A DNA stretch of 64,000 nt, from positions 198,958,001 through 199,022,000 of the forward strand of contig OZ024742.1 of NCBI GenBank assembly GCA_964016885.1, written 5' to 3'. The notes under the pieces were generated by a model. It was given only the letters and a program-made list of their open reading frames with translations. It did no database searches and was not told the origin of the DNA. A program made the position numbers and the translations under genes. This DNA comes from Eledone cirrhosa. Lineage: Eukaryota. This document shows positions 1-15,200 of this stretch, one piece after another. Each line of letters opens with the position of its first letter. The stretch's first letter is position 1.

Positions 1-3000
1 TTAAATGTAGTGTTTACTACTGCCACAACTGACCACAACATATTAAATGTAGTATTTACTCCTGCCACAACTGACCACAACATATTAAATGTAGTGTTTA
101 CTCCTGCCACAACTGACCCCAACATATTAAATGTAGTGTTTACTACTGCCACAACTGACCCCAACATATTAAATGTAGTGTTTACTACTGCCACAACTGA
201 CCACAACATATTAAATGTAGTGTTTACTACTGCCACAACTGACCACAACATATTAAATGTAGTATTTACTCCTGCCACAACTGACCACAACATATTAAAT
301 GTAGTGTTTACTCCTGCCACAACTGACCACAACATATTAAATGTAGTGTTTACTCCTGCCACAACTGACCACAACATATTAAATGTAGTGTTTACTCCTG
401 CCACAACTGACCACAACATATTAAATGTAGTGTTTACTCCTGCCACAACTGACCACAACATATTAAATGTAGTGTTTACTCCTGCCACAACTGACCACAA
501 CATATTAAATGTAGTGTTTACTACTGCCACAACTGACCACAACATATTAAATGTAGTGTTTCCTCCTGCCACAACTGACCACAACATATTAAATGTAGTG
601 TTTACTCCTGCCACAACTGACCCCGACATATTAAATGTAGTGTTTACTCCTGCCACAACTGACCACAACATATTAAATGTAGTGTTTACTCCTGCCACAA
701 CTGACCACAACATATTAAATGTAGTGTTTACTCCAGCCACAACTGACCACAACGTATTAAATGTAGTGTTTACCCCTGCCACAACTGACAACAACATATT
801 AAATGTAGTGTTTACTCCAGCCACAACTGACCACAACATATTAAATGTAGTGTTTACTCCTGCCACAACTGACCACAACATATTAAATGTAGTGTTTACT
901 CCAGCCACAACTGACCACAACGTATTAAATGTAGTGTTTACCCCTGCCACAACTGACAACAACATATTAAATGTAGTGTTTACTCCAGCCACAACTGACC
1001 ACGACATATTAAATGTAGTGTTTACTCCTGCCACAACTGACCACAACATATTAAATGTAGTGTTTACTCCTGCCACAACTGACCACAACATATTAAATGT
1101 AGTGTTTACTCCTGCCACAACTGACCCCAACATATTAAATGTAGTTTTTACTCCTGCCACAACTGACCCCAACATATTAAATGTAGTGTTTACTCCTGCC
1201 ACAACTGACCACAACATATTAAATGTAGTGTTTACTCCTGCCACAACTGACCCCAACATATTAAATGTAGTGTTTACTCCTGCCACAACTGACCACAACA
1301 TATTAAATGTAGTGTTTACTCCTGCCACAACTGACCCCAACATATTAAATGTAGTGTTTACTCCTGCCACAACTGACCACAACATATTAAATGTAGTGTT
1401 TACTCCTGCCACAACTGACCACAACATATTAAATGTAGTGTTTACTCCTCCACAACTGACCCCAACATATTAAATGTAGTGTTTACTCCAGCCACAACTG
1501 ACCACAACATATTAAATGTAGTGTTTACTCCTGCCACAACTGACCACAACATATTAAATGTAGTGTTTACTCCTGCCACAACTGACCACAACATATTAAA
1601 TGTAGTGTTTACTACTGCCACAACTGACCACAACATATTAAATGTAGTGTTTACTCCTGCCACAACTGACCACAACATATTAAATGTAGTGTTTACTCCA
1701 GCCACAACTGACCACAACGTATTAAATGTAGTGTTTACCCCTGCCACAACTGACAACAACATATTAAATGTAGTGTTTACTCCAGCCACAACTGACCACA
1801 ACATATTAAATGTAGTGTTTACTCCTGCCACAACTGACCACAACATATTAAATGTAGTGTTTACTCCTGCCACAACTGACCACAACATATTAAATGTAGT
1901 GTTTACTCCTGCCACAACTGACCCCAACATATTAAATGTAGTTTTTACTCCTGCCACAACTGACCCCAACATATTAAATGTAGTGTTTACTCCTGCCACA
2001 ACTGACCACAACATATTAAATGTAGTGTTTACTCCTGCCACAACTGACCCCAACATATTAAATGTAGTGTTTACTCCTGCCACAACTGACCACAACATAT
2101 TAAATGTAGTGTTTACTCCTGCCACAACTGACCCCAACATATTAAATGTAGTGTTTACTCCTGCCACAACTGACCACAACATATTAAATGTAGTGTTTCA
2201 TCCTGCCACAACTGACCACAACATATTAAATGTAGTGTTTACTCCTGCCACAACTGACCCCAACATATTAAATGTAGTGTTTACTCCAGCCACAACTGAC
2301 CACAACATATTAAATGTAGTGTTTACTCCTGCCACAACTGACCACAACATATTAAATGTAGTGTTTACTCCTGCCACAACTGACCACAACATATTAAATG
2401 TAGTGTTTACTACTGCCACAACTGACCACAACATATTAAATGTAGTGTTTACTCCTGCCACAACTGACCACAACATATTAAATGTAGTGTTTACTCCTGC
2501 CACAACTGACCCCGACATATTAAATGTAGTGTTTATTCCTGCCACAACTGACCACAACATATTAAATGTAGTGTTTACTCCTGCCACAACTGACCACAAC
2601 ATATTAAATGTAGTGTTTACTCCTGCCACAACTGACCACAACATATTAAATATAGTGTTTACTCCTGCCACAACTGACCACAACATATTAAATGTAGTGT
2701 TTACTCCTGCCACAACTGACCACAAATTAAATGTAGTGTTTACTCCTGCCACAACTGACCCCAACATATTAAATGTAGTGTTTACTCCTGCCACAACTGA
2801 CCACAACATATTAAATGTAGTGTTTACTCCTGCCACAACTGACCCCAACATATTAAATGTAGTGTTTACTCCTGCCACAACTGACCACAACATATTAAAT
2901 GTAGTGTTTACTCCTGCCACAACTGACCCCAACATATTAAATGTAGTGTTTACTCCTGCCACAACTGACCACAACATATTAAATGTAGTGTTTACTCCTG

Positions 3001-4949
3001 CCACAACTGACCACAACATATTAAATGTAGTGTTTACTCCTGCCACAACTGACCACAACATATTAAATGTAGTGTTTACTACTGCCACAACTGACCCCAA
3101 CATATTAAATGTAGTGTTTACTCCTGCCACAACTGACCACAACATATTAAATGTAGTGTTTACTCCTGCCACAACTGACCACAATATATTAAATGTAGTG
3201 TTTACTATTGCCACAACTGACCACAACATATTAAATGTAGTGTTTACTACTGCCACAACTGACCACAACATATTAAAAGTAGTGTTTACTCCTGCCACAA
3301 CTGACCCCAACATATTAAATCTAGTGTTTACTCCTGCCACAACTGACCCCAACATATTAAATGTAGTGTTTACTCCAGCCACAACTGACCACAACATATT
3401 AAATGTAGTGTTTACTCCTGCCACAACTGACCCCGACATATTAAATGTAGTGTTTATTCCTGCCACAACTGACCACAACATATTAAATGTAGTGTTTACT
3501 CCTGCCACAACTGACCACAACATATTAAATGTAGTGTTTACTCCAGCCACAACTGACCACAAGATATTAAATGTAGTGTTTACCCCTGCCACAACTGACA
3601 ACAACATATTAAATGTAGTGTTTACTCCAGCCACAACTGACCACAACATATTAAATGTAGTGTTTACTCCTGCCACAACTGACCACAACATATTAAATGT
3701 AGTGTTTACTCCTGCCACAACTGACCACAACATATTAAATGTAGTGTTTACTCCTGCCACAACTGACCACAACATATTAAATGTAGTGTTTACTCCTGCC
3801 ACAACTGACCCCAACATATTAAAGTAGTGTTTACTCCTGTCACAAGTGACCCCAACATATTAAATGTAGTTTTTACTCCTGCCACAACTGACCCCAACAT
3901 ATTAAATGTAGTGTTTACTCCTGCCACAACTGACCCCAACATATTAAATGTAGTGTTTACTCCTGCCACAACTGACCACAACATATTAAATGTAGTGTTT
4001 ACTCCTGCCACAACTGACCACAACATATTAAATGTAGTGTTTACTCCTGCCACAACTGACCCCAACATATTAAATGTAGTGTTTACTCCTGCCACAACTG
4101 ACCACAACATATTAAATGTAGTGTTTACTCCTGCCACAACTGACCACAACATATTAAATATAGTGTTTACTCCTGCCACAACTGACCACAACATATTAAA
4201 TGTAGTGTTTACTACTGCCACAACTGACCACAACATATTAAATGTAGTGTTTACTCGTGCCACAACTGACCACAACATATTAAATATAGTGTTTACTCCT
4301 GCCACAACTGACCACAACATATTAAATGTAGTGTTTACTCGTGCCACAACTGACCACAACATATTAAATATAGTGTTTACTCCTGCCACAACTGACCACA
4401 ACATATTAAATGTAGTGTTTACTCCTGCCACAACTGACCACAACATATTAAATGTAGTGTTTACTCCTGCCACAACTGACCCCAACATATTAAATGTAGT
4501 GTTTACTCCTGCCACAACTGACCACAACATATTAAATGTAGTGTTTACTCCTGCCACAACTGACCACAACATATTAAATATAGTGTTTACTCCTGCCACA
4601 ACTGACCACAACATATTAAATATAGTGTTTATTCCTGCCACAACTGACCACAACATATTAAATGTAGTGTTTACTCCTGCCACAACTGACCACAACATAT
4701 TAAATGTAGTGTTTACTCCTGCCACAACTGACCACAACATATTAAATGTAGTGTTTACTCCTGCCACAACTAACCACAACATATTAAATGTAGTGTTTAC
4801 TACTGCCACAACTGACCACAACATATTAAATGTAGTGTTTACTCCTGCCACAACTGACCACAACATATTAAATGTAGTGTTTACTCCAGCCACAACTGAC
4901 CCCAACATATTAAATGTAGTGTTTACTCCAGCCACAACTGACCACAACA

Positions 4950-5680
4950 TATTAAAGTAGTGTTTACTCCTGCCACAACTGACCACAACATATTAAATGT
5001 AGTGTTTACTCCTGCCACAACTGACCACAATATATTAAATGTAGTGTTTACTATTGCCACAACTGACCACAACATATTAAATGTAGTGTTTACTCCAGCC
5101 ACAACTGACCACAACATATTAAATGTAGTGTTTACCCCTGCCACAACTGACAACAACATATTAAATGTAGTGTTTACTCCAGCCACAACTGACCACAACA
5201 TATTAAATGTAGTGTTTACTCCTGCCACAACTGACCACAACATATTAAATGTAGTGTTTACTCCAGCCACAACTGACCCCAACATATTAAATGTAGTGTT
5301 TACTCCAGCCACAACTGACCACAACATATTAAAGTAGTGTTTACTCCTGCCACAACTGACCACAACATATTAAATGTAGTGTTTACTCCTGCCACAACTG
5401 ACCACAATATATTAAATGTAGTGTTTACTATTGCCACAACTGACCACAACATATTAAATGTAGTGTTTACTCCAGCCACAACTGACCACAACATATTAAA
5501 TGTAGTGTTTACCCCTGCCACAACTGACAACAACATATTAAATGTAGTGTTTACTCCAGCCACAACTGACCACAACATATTAAATGTAGTGTTTACTCCT
5601 GCCACAACTGACCACAACATATTAAATGTAGTGTTTACTCCTGCCACAACTGACCACAACATATTAAAGTAGTGTTTACT
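4950..5680 (+). repeat. Local higher-order tandem duplication (9 then 8 monomers) marked by a T6 deletion
   Basis: ATTAAAGTAG deletion at ~4956, ~5333 and ~5668 (spacings 377 = 9x42-1 and 335 = 8x42-1); the first two are followed by the same variant series (AATAT, ACTATT, CCA, ACCCCT..GACAAC). Confidence 0.85.
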
Positions 5681-6289
5681 CCTGCCACAACTGACCCCAA
5701 CATATTAAATGTAGTGTTTACTCCTGCCACAACTGACCCCAACATATTAAATGTAGTGTTTACTCCAGCCACAACTGACCACAACATATTAAATGTAGTG
5801 TTTACTCCTGCCACAACTGACCACAACATATTAAATGTAGTGTTTACTCCTGCCACAACTGACCCCGACATATTAAAAGTAGTGTTTACTCCTGCCACAA
5901 CTGACCCCAACATATTAAATCTAGTGTTTACTCCTGCCACAACTGACCCCAACATATTAAATGTAGTGTTTACTCCAGCCACAACTGACCACAACATATT
6001 AAATGTAGTGTTTACTCCTGCCACAACTGACCCCGACATATTAAATGTAGTGTTTATTCCTGCCATAACTGACCACAACATATTAAATGTAGTGTTTACT
6101 CCTGCCACAACTGACCACAACATATTAAATGTAGTGTTTACTCCAGCCACAACTGACCACAACATATTAAATGTAGTGTTTACCCCTGCCATAACTGACA
6201 ACAACATATTAAATGTAGTGTTTACTCCAGCCACAACTGACCACAACATATTAAATGTAGTGTTTACTCCTGCCACAACTGACCACAAC

Positions 6290-9200
6290 ATATTAAATGT
6301 AGTGTTTACTCCTGCCACAACTGACCACAACATATTAAATGTAGTGTTTACTCCTGCCACAACTGACCACAACATATTAAATGTAGTGTTTACTCCTGCC
6401 ACAACTGACCACAACATATTAAATATAGTGTTTACTCCTGCCACAACTGACCACAACATATTAAATGTAGTGTTTACTACTGCCACAACTGACCACAACA
6501 TATTAAATGTAGTGTTTACTCGTGCCACAACTGACCACAACATATTAAATATAGTGTTTACTCCTGCCACAACTGACCACAACATATTAAATGTAGTGTT
6601 TACTCCTGCCACAACTGACCACAACATATTAATTGTAGTATTTACTCCTGCCACAACTGACCCCAACATATTAAATGTAGTGTTTACTACTGCCACAACT
6701 GACCCCAACATATTAAATGTAGTGTTTACTCCAGCCACAACTGACCACAACATATTAAATCTAGTGTTTACTCCTGCCACAACTGACCACAACATATTAA
6801 ATGTAGTGTTTACTCCTGCCACAACTGACCCCAACATATTAAATGTAGTGTTTACTACTGCCACAACTGACCCCAACATATTAAATGTAGTGTTTACTCC
6901 TGCCACAACTGACCACAACATATTAAATGTAGTGTTTACTCCTGCCACAATGACCACAACATATTAAATGTAGTGTTTACTCCTGCCACAACTGACCCCA
7001 ACATATTAAATGTAGTGTTTACTCCTGCCACAACTGACCCCAACATATTAAATGTAGTGTTTACTCCTGCCACAACTGACCACAACATATTAAATGTAGT
7101 GTTTACTACTGCCACAACTGACCCCAACATATTAAATGTAGTGTTTACTCCTGCCACAACTGACAACAACATATTAAATATAGTGTTTACTCCTGCCACA
7201 ACTAACCACAACATATTAAATGTAGTGTTTACTCCTGCCACAACTGACCCCAACATATTAAATGTAGTGTTTACTCCTGCCACAACTGACCACAACATAT
7301 TAAATATAGTGTTTACTCCTGCCACAACTGACCACAACATATTAAATGTAGTGTTTACTACTGCCACAACTGACCCCAACATATTAAATGTAGTGTTTAC
7401 TCCTGCCACAACTGACCACAACATATTAAATGTAGTGTTTACTCCTGCCACAACTGACCACAACATATTAAATGTAGTGTTTACTACTGCCACAACTGAC
7501 CACAACATATTAAATATAGTGTTTACTCCTGCCACAACTGACCACAACATATTAAATGTAGTGTTTACTACTGCCACAACTGACCCCAACATATTAAATG
7601 TAGTGTTTACTCCTGCCACAACTGACCACAACATATTAAATGTAGTGTTTACTCCTGCCACAACTGACCACAACATATTAATTGTAGTGTTTACTCCTGC
7701 CACAACTGACCCCAACATATTAAATGTAGTGTTTACTCCTGCCACAACTGACCACAACATATTAAATGTAGTGTTTATTCCTGCCACAACTGACCACAAC
7801 ATATTAAATGTAGTGTTTACTCCTGCCACAACTGACCACAACATATTAAATGTAGTGTTTACTCCTGCCACAACTGACCACAACATATTAAATGTAGTGT
7901 TTACTTCTGCCACAACTGACCCCAACATATTAAATATAGTGTTTACTCCTGCCACAACTGACCACAACATATTAAATGTAGTGTTTACTACTGCCACAAC
8001 TGACCCCAACATATTAAATGTAGTGTTTACTCCTGCCACAACTGACCACAACATATTAAATGTAGTGTTTACTCCTGCCACAACTGACCACAACATATTA
8101 AATATAGTGTTTACTCCTGCCACAACTGACCACAACATATTAAATGTAGTGTTTACTACTGCCACAACTGACCCCAACATATTAAATGTAGTGTTTACTC
8201 CTGCCACAACTGACCACAACATATTAAATGTAGTGTTTACTCCTGCCACAACTGACCACAACATATTAAATGTAGTGTTTACTCCTGCCACAACTGACCA
8301 CAACATATTAAATGTAGTGTTTACTACTGCCACAACTGACCCCAACATATTAAATGTAGTGTTTACTCCTGCCACAACTGACCACAACATATTAAATGTA
8401 GTGTTTACTCCTGCCACAACTGACCACAACATATTAAATATAGTGTTTACTCCTGCCACACCTGACCACAACATATTAAATATAGTGTTTACTCCTGCCA
8501 CAACTGACCACAACATATTAAATGTAGTGTTTACTCCTGCCACAACTGACCACAACATATTAAATGTAGTGTTTACTCCTGCCACAACTGACCCCAACAT
8601 ATTAAATGTAGTGTTTACTCCTGCCACAACTGACCACAACATATTAAATGTAGTGTTTACTCCAGCCACAACTGACAACAACATATTAAATGTAGTGTTT
8701 ACCCCTGCCACAACTGACAACAACATATTAAATGTAGTGTTTACTCCAGCCACAACTGACCACAACATATTAAATGTAGTGTTTACTCCTGCCACAACTG
8801 ACCACAACATATTAAATGTAGTGTTTACTCCTGCCACAACTGACCACAACATATTAAATGTAGTGTTTACTCCTGCCACAACTGACCCCAACATATTAAA
8901 TGTAGTTTTTACTCCTGCCACAACTGACCCCAACATATTAAATGTAGTGTTTACTCCTGCCACAACTGACCACAACATATTAAATGTAGTGTTTACTCCT
9001 GCCACAACTGACCCCAACATATTAAATGTAGTGTTTACTCCTGCCACAACTGACCCCAACATATTAAATGTAGTGTTTACTCCTGCCACAACTGACCACA
9101 ACATATTAAATGTAGTGTTTACTCCTGCCACAACTGACCACAACATATTAAATGTAGTTTTTACTCCTGCCACAACTGACCCCAACATATTAAATGTAGT

Positions 9201-12200
9201 GTTTACTCCTGCCACAACTGACCACAACATATTAAATGTAGTGTTTACTCCTGCCACAACTGACCACAACATATTAAATGTAGTGTTTACTCCTGCCACA
9301 ACTGACCACAACATATTAATTGTAGTGTTTACTCCTGCCACAACTGACCCTAACATATTAAATGTAGTGTTTACTCCTGCCACAACTGACCACAACATAT
9401 TAAATATAGTGTTTACTCCTGCCACAACTGACCCCAACATATTAAATGTAGTGTTTACTCCTGCCACAACTGACCACAACATATTAAATGTAGTGTTTAC
9501 TCCTGCCACAACTGACCACAACATATTAAATGTAGTGTTTACTCCTGCCACAACTGACCACAACATATTAAATGTAGTGTTTACTCCTGCCACAACTGAC
9601 CACAACATATTAATTGTAGTGTTTACTCCTGCCACAACTGACCACAACATATTAAATGTAGTGTTTACTCCTGCCACAACTGACCACAACATATTAAATG
9701 TAGTGTTTACTCCTGCCACAACTGACCACAACATATTAAATGTAGTGTTTACTCCTGCCACAACTGACCACAACATATTAAATGTAGTGTTTACTCCTGC
9801 CACAACTGACCACAACATATTAAATGTAGTGTTTACCCCTGCCACAACTGACCACAACATATTAAATGTAGTGTTTACTCCTGCCACAACTGACCACAAC
9901 ATATTAATTGTAGTGTTTACTCCTGCCACAACTGACCCCAACATATTAAATGTAGTGTTTACTCCTGCCACAACTGACCACAACATATTAAATATAGTGT
10001 TTACTCCTGCCACAACTGACCACAACATATTAAATCTGGTGTTTACTCCTGCCACAACTGACCCCAACATATTAAATGTAGTGTTTACTCCTGCAACAAC
10101 TGACCACAACATATTAAATGTAGTGTTTACTCCTGCCACAACTGACCACAACATATTAAATGTAGTGTTTACTCCTGCCACAACTGACCACAACATATTA
10201 AATGTAGTGTTTACTCCTGCCACAACTGACCACAACATATTAAATGTAGTGTTTATTCCTGCCACAACTGACCCCAACATATTAAATGTAGTGTTTACTC
10301 CTGCCACAACTGACCACAACATATTAAATGTAGTGTTTACTCCTGCCACAACTGACCACAACATATTAAATGTAGTGTTTACTCCTGCCACAACTGACCC
10401 CAACATATTAAATGTAGTGTTTACTCCTGCCACAACTGACCACAACATATTAAATATAGTGTTTACTCCTGCCACAACTGACCACAACATATTAAATCTG
10501 GTGTTTACTCCTGCCACAACTGACCCCAACATATTAAATGTAGTGTTTACTCCTGCAACAACTGACCACAACATATTAAATGTAGTGTTTACTCCTGCAA
10601 CAACTGACCACAACATATTAAATGTAGTGTTTACTCCTGCAACAACTGACCACAACATATTAAATGTAGTGTTTACTCCTGCCACAACTGACCCCAACAT
10701 ATTAAATGTAGTGTTTACTCCTGCCACAACTGACCACAACATATTAAATGTAGTGTTTACTCCTGCCACAACTGACCACAACATATTAAATGTAGTGTTT
10801 ACTCCTGCCACAACTGACCACAACATATTAAATGTAGTGTTTATTCCTGCCACAACTGACCCCAACATATTAAATGTAGTGTTTACTCCTGCCACAACTG
10901 ACCCCGACATATTAAATGTAGTGTTTACTCCTGCCACAACTGACCCCAACATATTAAATGTAGTGTTTACTCCTGCCACAACTGACCCCGACATATTAAA
11001 TGTAGTGTTTACTCCTGCCACAACTGACCCCAACATATTAAATGTAGTGTTTACTCCTGCCACAACTAACCACAACATATTAAATGTAGTGTTTACTCCT
11101 GCCACAACTAACCACAACATATTAAATGTAGTGTTTACTCCAGCCACAACTGACCCCAACATATTAAATGTAGTGTTTACTACTGCCACAACTGACCACA
11201 ACATATTAAATATAGTGTTTACTCCTGCCACAACTGACCCCAACATATTAAATGTAGTGTTTACTCCTGCCACAACTGACCACAACATATTAAATGTAGT
11301 GTTTACTCCTGCCACAACTGACCACAACATATTAAATGTAGTGTTTACTATTGCCACAACTGACCACAACATATTAAATGTAGTGTTTACTCCTGCCACA
11401 ACTGACCACAACATATTAAATGTAGTGTTTACTCCTGCCACAACTGACCCCGACATATTAAATGTAGTGTTTACTCCTGCCACAACTGACCCCAACATAT
11501 TAAATGTAGTGTTTACTCCTGCCACAACTGACCCCAACATATTAAATGTAGTGTTTACTCCAGCCACAACTGACCACAACATATTAAATATAGTGTTTAC
11601 TCCTGCCACAACTGACCACAACATATTAAATGTAGTGTTTACTCCTGCCACAACTGACCACAACATATTAAAGGTAGTGTTTACTACTGCCACAACTGAC
11701 CACAACATATTAAATGTAGTGTTTACTCCTGCCACAACTGACCACAACATATTAAATGTAGTGTTTACTCCTGCCACAACTGACCCCGACATATTAAATG
11801 TAGTGTTTATTCCTGCCACAACTGACCCCAACATATTAACTGTAGTGTTTACTCCTGCCACAACTGACCACAACATATTAAATGTAGTGTTTACTCCTGC
11901 CACAACTGACCACAACATATTAAATATAGTGTTTACTCCTGCCACAACTGACCACAACATATTAAATGTAGTGTTTACTCCTTCCACAACTGACCACAAC
12001 ATATTAAATGTAGTGTTTACTCCTGCCACAACTGACCCCAACATATTAAATGTAGTGTTTACTCCTGCCACAACTGACCACAACATATTAAATGTAGTGT
12101 TTACTCCTGCCATAACTGACCCAACATATTAAATGTAGTGTTTACTCCTGCCACAACTGACCACAACATATTAAATGTAGTGTTTACTCCTGCCACAACT

Positions 12201-15200
12201 GACCACAACATATTAAATGTAGTGTTTACTCCTGCCACAATTGACCACAACATATTAAATGTAGTGTTTACTATTGCCACAACTGACCACAACATATTAA
12301 ATGTAGTGTTTACTCCTGCCACAACTGACCACAACATATTAAATGTAGTGTTTACTCCTGCCACAACTAACCCCGACATATTAAATGTAGTGTTTACTCC
12401 TGCCACAACTGACCCCAACATATTAAATGTAGTGTTTACTCCTGCCACAACTGACCCCAACATATTAAATGTAGTGTTTACTCCAGCCACAACTGACCAC
12501 AACATATTAAATGTAGTGTTTACTCCTGCCACAACTGACCACAACATATTAAATGTAGTGTTTACTCCTGCCACAACTGACCACAACATATTAAATGTAG
12601 TTTACTCCTGCCACAACTGACCACAACATATTAAATGTAGTGTTTACTACTGCCACAACTGACCACAACATATTAAATGTAGTGTTTACTCCTGCCACAA
12701 CTGACCACAACATATTAAATGTAGTGTTTACTACTGCCACAACTGACCACAACATATTAAATGTAGTGTTTACTCCTGCCACAACTGACCACAACATATT
12801 AAATGTAGTGTTTACTCCTGCCACAACTGACCCCGACATATTAAATGTAGTGTTTATTCCTGCCACAACTGACCACAACATATTAAATGTAGTGTTTACT
12901 CCTGCCACAAATGACCACAACATATTAAATGTAGTGTTTACTCCAGCCACAACTGACCACAACATATTAAATGTAGTGTTTACCCCTGCCACAACTGACA
13001 ACAACATATTAAATGTAGTGTTTACTCCAGCCACAACTGACCACAACATATTAAATGTAGTGTTTACTCCAGCCACAACTGACCACAACATATTAAATGT
13101 AGTGTTTACCCCTGCCACAACTGACAACAACATATTAAATGTAGTGTTTACTCCAGCCACAACTGACCACAACATATTAAATGTAGTGTTTACTCCAGCC
13201 ACAACTGACCACAACATATTAAATGTAGTGTTTACCCCTGCCACAACTGACAACAACATATTAAATGTAGTGTTTACTCCAGCCACAACTGACCACAACA
13301 TATTAAATGTAGTGTTTACTCCAGCCACAACTGACCACAACATATTAAATGTAGTGTTTACCCCTGCCACAACTGACAACAACATATTAAATGTAGTGTT
13401 TACTCCAGCCACAACTGACCACAACATATTAAATGTAGTGTTTACCCCTGCCACAACTGACAACAACATATTAAATGTAGTGTTTACTCCTGCCACAAAT
13501 GACCACAACATATTAAATGTAGTGTTTACTCCAGCCACAACTGACCACAACATATTAAATGTAGTGTTTACCCCTGCCACAACTGACAACAACATATTAA
13601 ATGTAGTGTTTACTCCAGCCACAACTGACCACAACATATTAAATGTAGTGTTTACTCCAGCCACAACTGACCACAACATATTAAATGTAGTGTTTACCCC
13701 TGCCACAACTGACAACAACATATTAAATGTAGTGTTTACTCCAGCCACAACTGACCACAACATATTAAATGTAGTGTTTACTCCAGCCACAACTGACCAC
13801 AACATATTAAATGTAGTGTTTACCCCTGCCACAACTGACCACAACATATTAAATGTAGTGTTTACTCCTGCCACAACTGACCACAACATATTAAATGTAG
13901 TGTTTACTCCTGCCACAACTGACCACAACATATTAAATGTAGTGTTTACTCCTGCCACAACTGACCACAACATATTAAATATAGTGTTTACTCCTGCCAC
14001 AACTGACCACAACATATTAAATGTAGTGTTTACTACTGCCACAACTGACCACAACATATTAAATGTAGTGTTTACTCGTGCCACAACTGACCACAACATA
14101 TTAAATATAGTGTTTACTCCTGCCACAACTGACCACAACATATTAAATGTAGTGTTTACTCCTGCCACAACTGACCACAACATATTAATTGTAGTATTTA
14201 CTCCTGCCACAACTGACCCCAACATATTAAATGTAGTGTTTACTACTGCCACAACTGACCCCAACATATTAAATGTAGTGTTTACTCCAGCCACAACTGA
14301 CCACAACATATTAAATCTAGTGTTTACTCCTGCCACAACTGACCACAACATATTAAATGTAGTGTTTACTCCTGCCACAACTGACCCCAACATATTAAAT
14401 GTAGTGTTTACTACTGCCACAACTGACCCCAACATATTAAATGTAGTGTTTACTCCTGCCACAACTGACCACAACATATTAAATGTAGTGTTTACTCCTG
14501 CCACAATGACCACAACATATTAAATGTAGTGTTTACTCCTGCCACAACTGACCCCAACATATTAAATGTAGTGTTTACTCCTGCCACAACTGACCCCAAC
14601 ATATTAAATGTAGTGTTTACTCCTGCCACAACTGACCACAACATATTAAATGTAGTGTTTACTACTGCCACAACTGACCCCAACATATTAAATGTAGTGT
14701 TTACTCCTGCCACAACTGACAACAACATATTAAATATAGTGTTTACTCCTGCCACAACTAACCACAACATATTAAATGTAGTGTTTACTCCTGCCACAAC
14801 TGACCCCAACATATTAAATGTAGTGTTTACTCCTGCCACAACTGACCACAACATATTAAATATAGTGTTTACTCCTGCCACAACTGACCACAACATATTA
14901 AATGTAGTGTTTACTACTGCCACAACTGACCCCAACATATTAAATGTAGTGTTTACTCCTGCCACAACTGACCACAACATATTAAATGTAGTGTTTACTC
15001 CTGCCACAACTGACCACAACATATTAAATGTAGTGTTTACTACTGCCACAACTGACCACAACATATTAAATATAGTGTTTACTCCTGCCACAACTGACCA
15101 CAACATATTAAATGTAGTGTTTACTACTGCCACAACTGACCCCAACATATTAAATGTAGTGTTTACTCCTGCCACAACTGACCACAACATATTAAATGTA

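Noticed and set aside
2195-2205. GTTTCATCCT variant matching the insert's TTTCATCCT
   Set aside because: A single AC-to-CA swap giving a 9-bp match; chance or sequencing error is sufficient.
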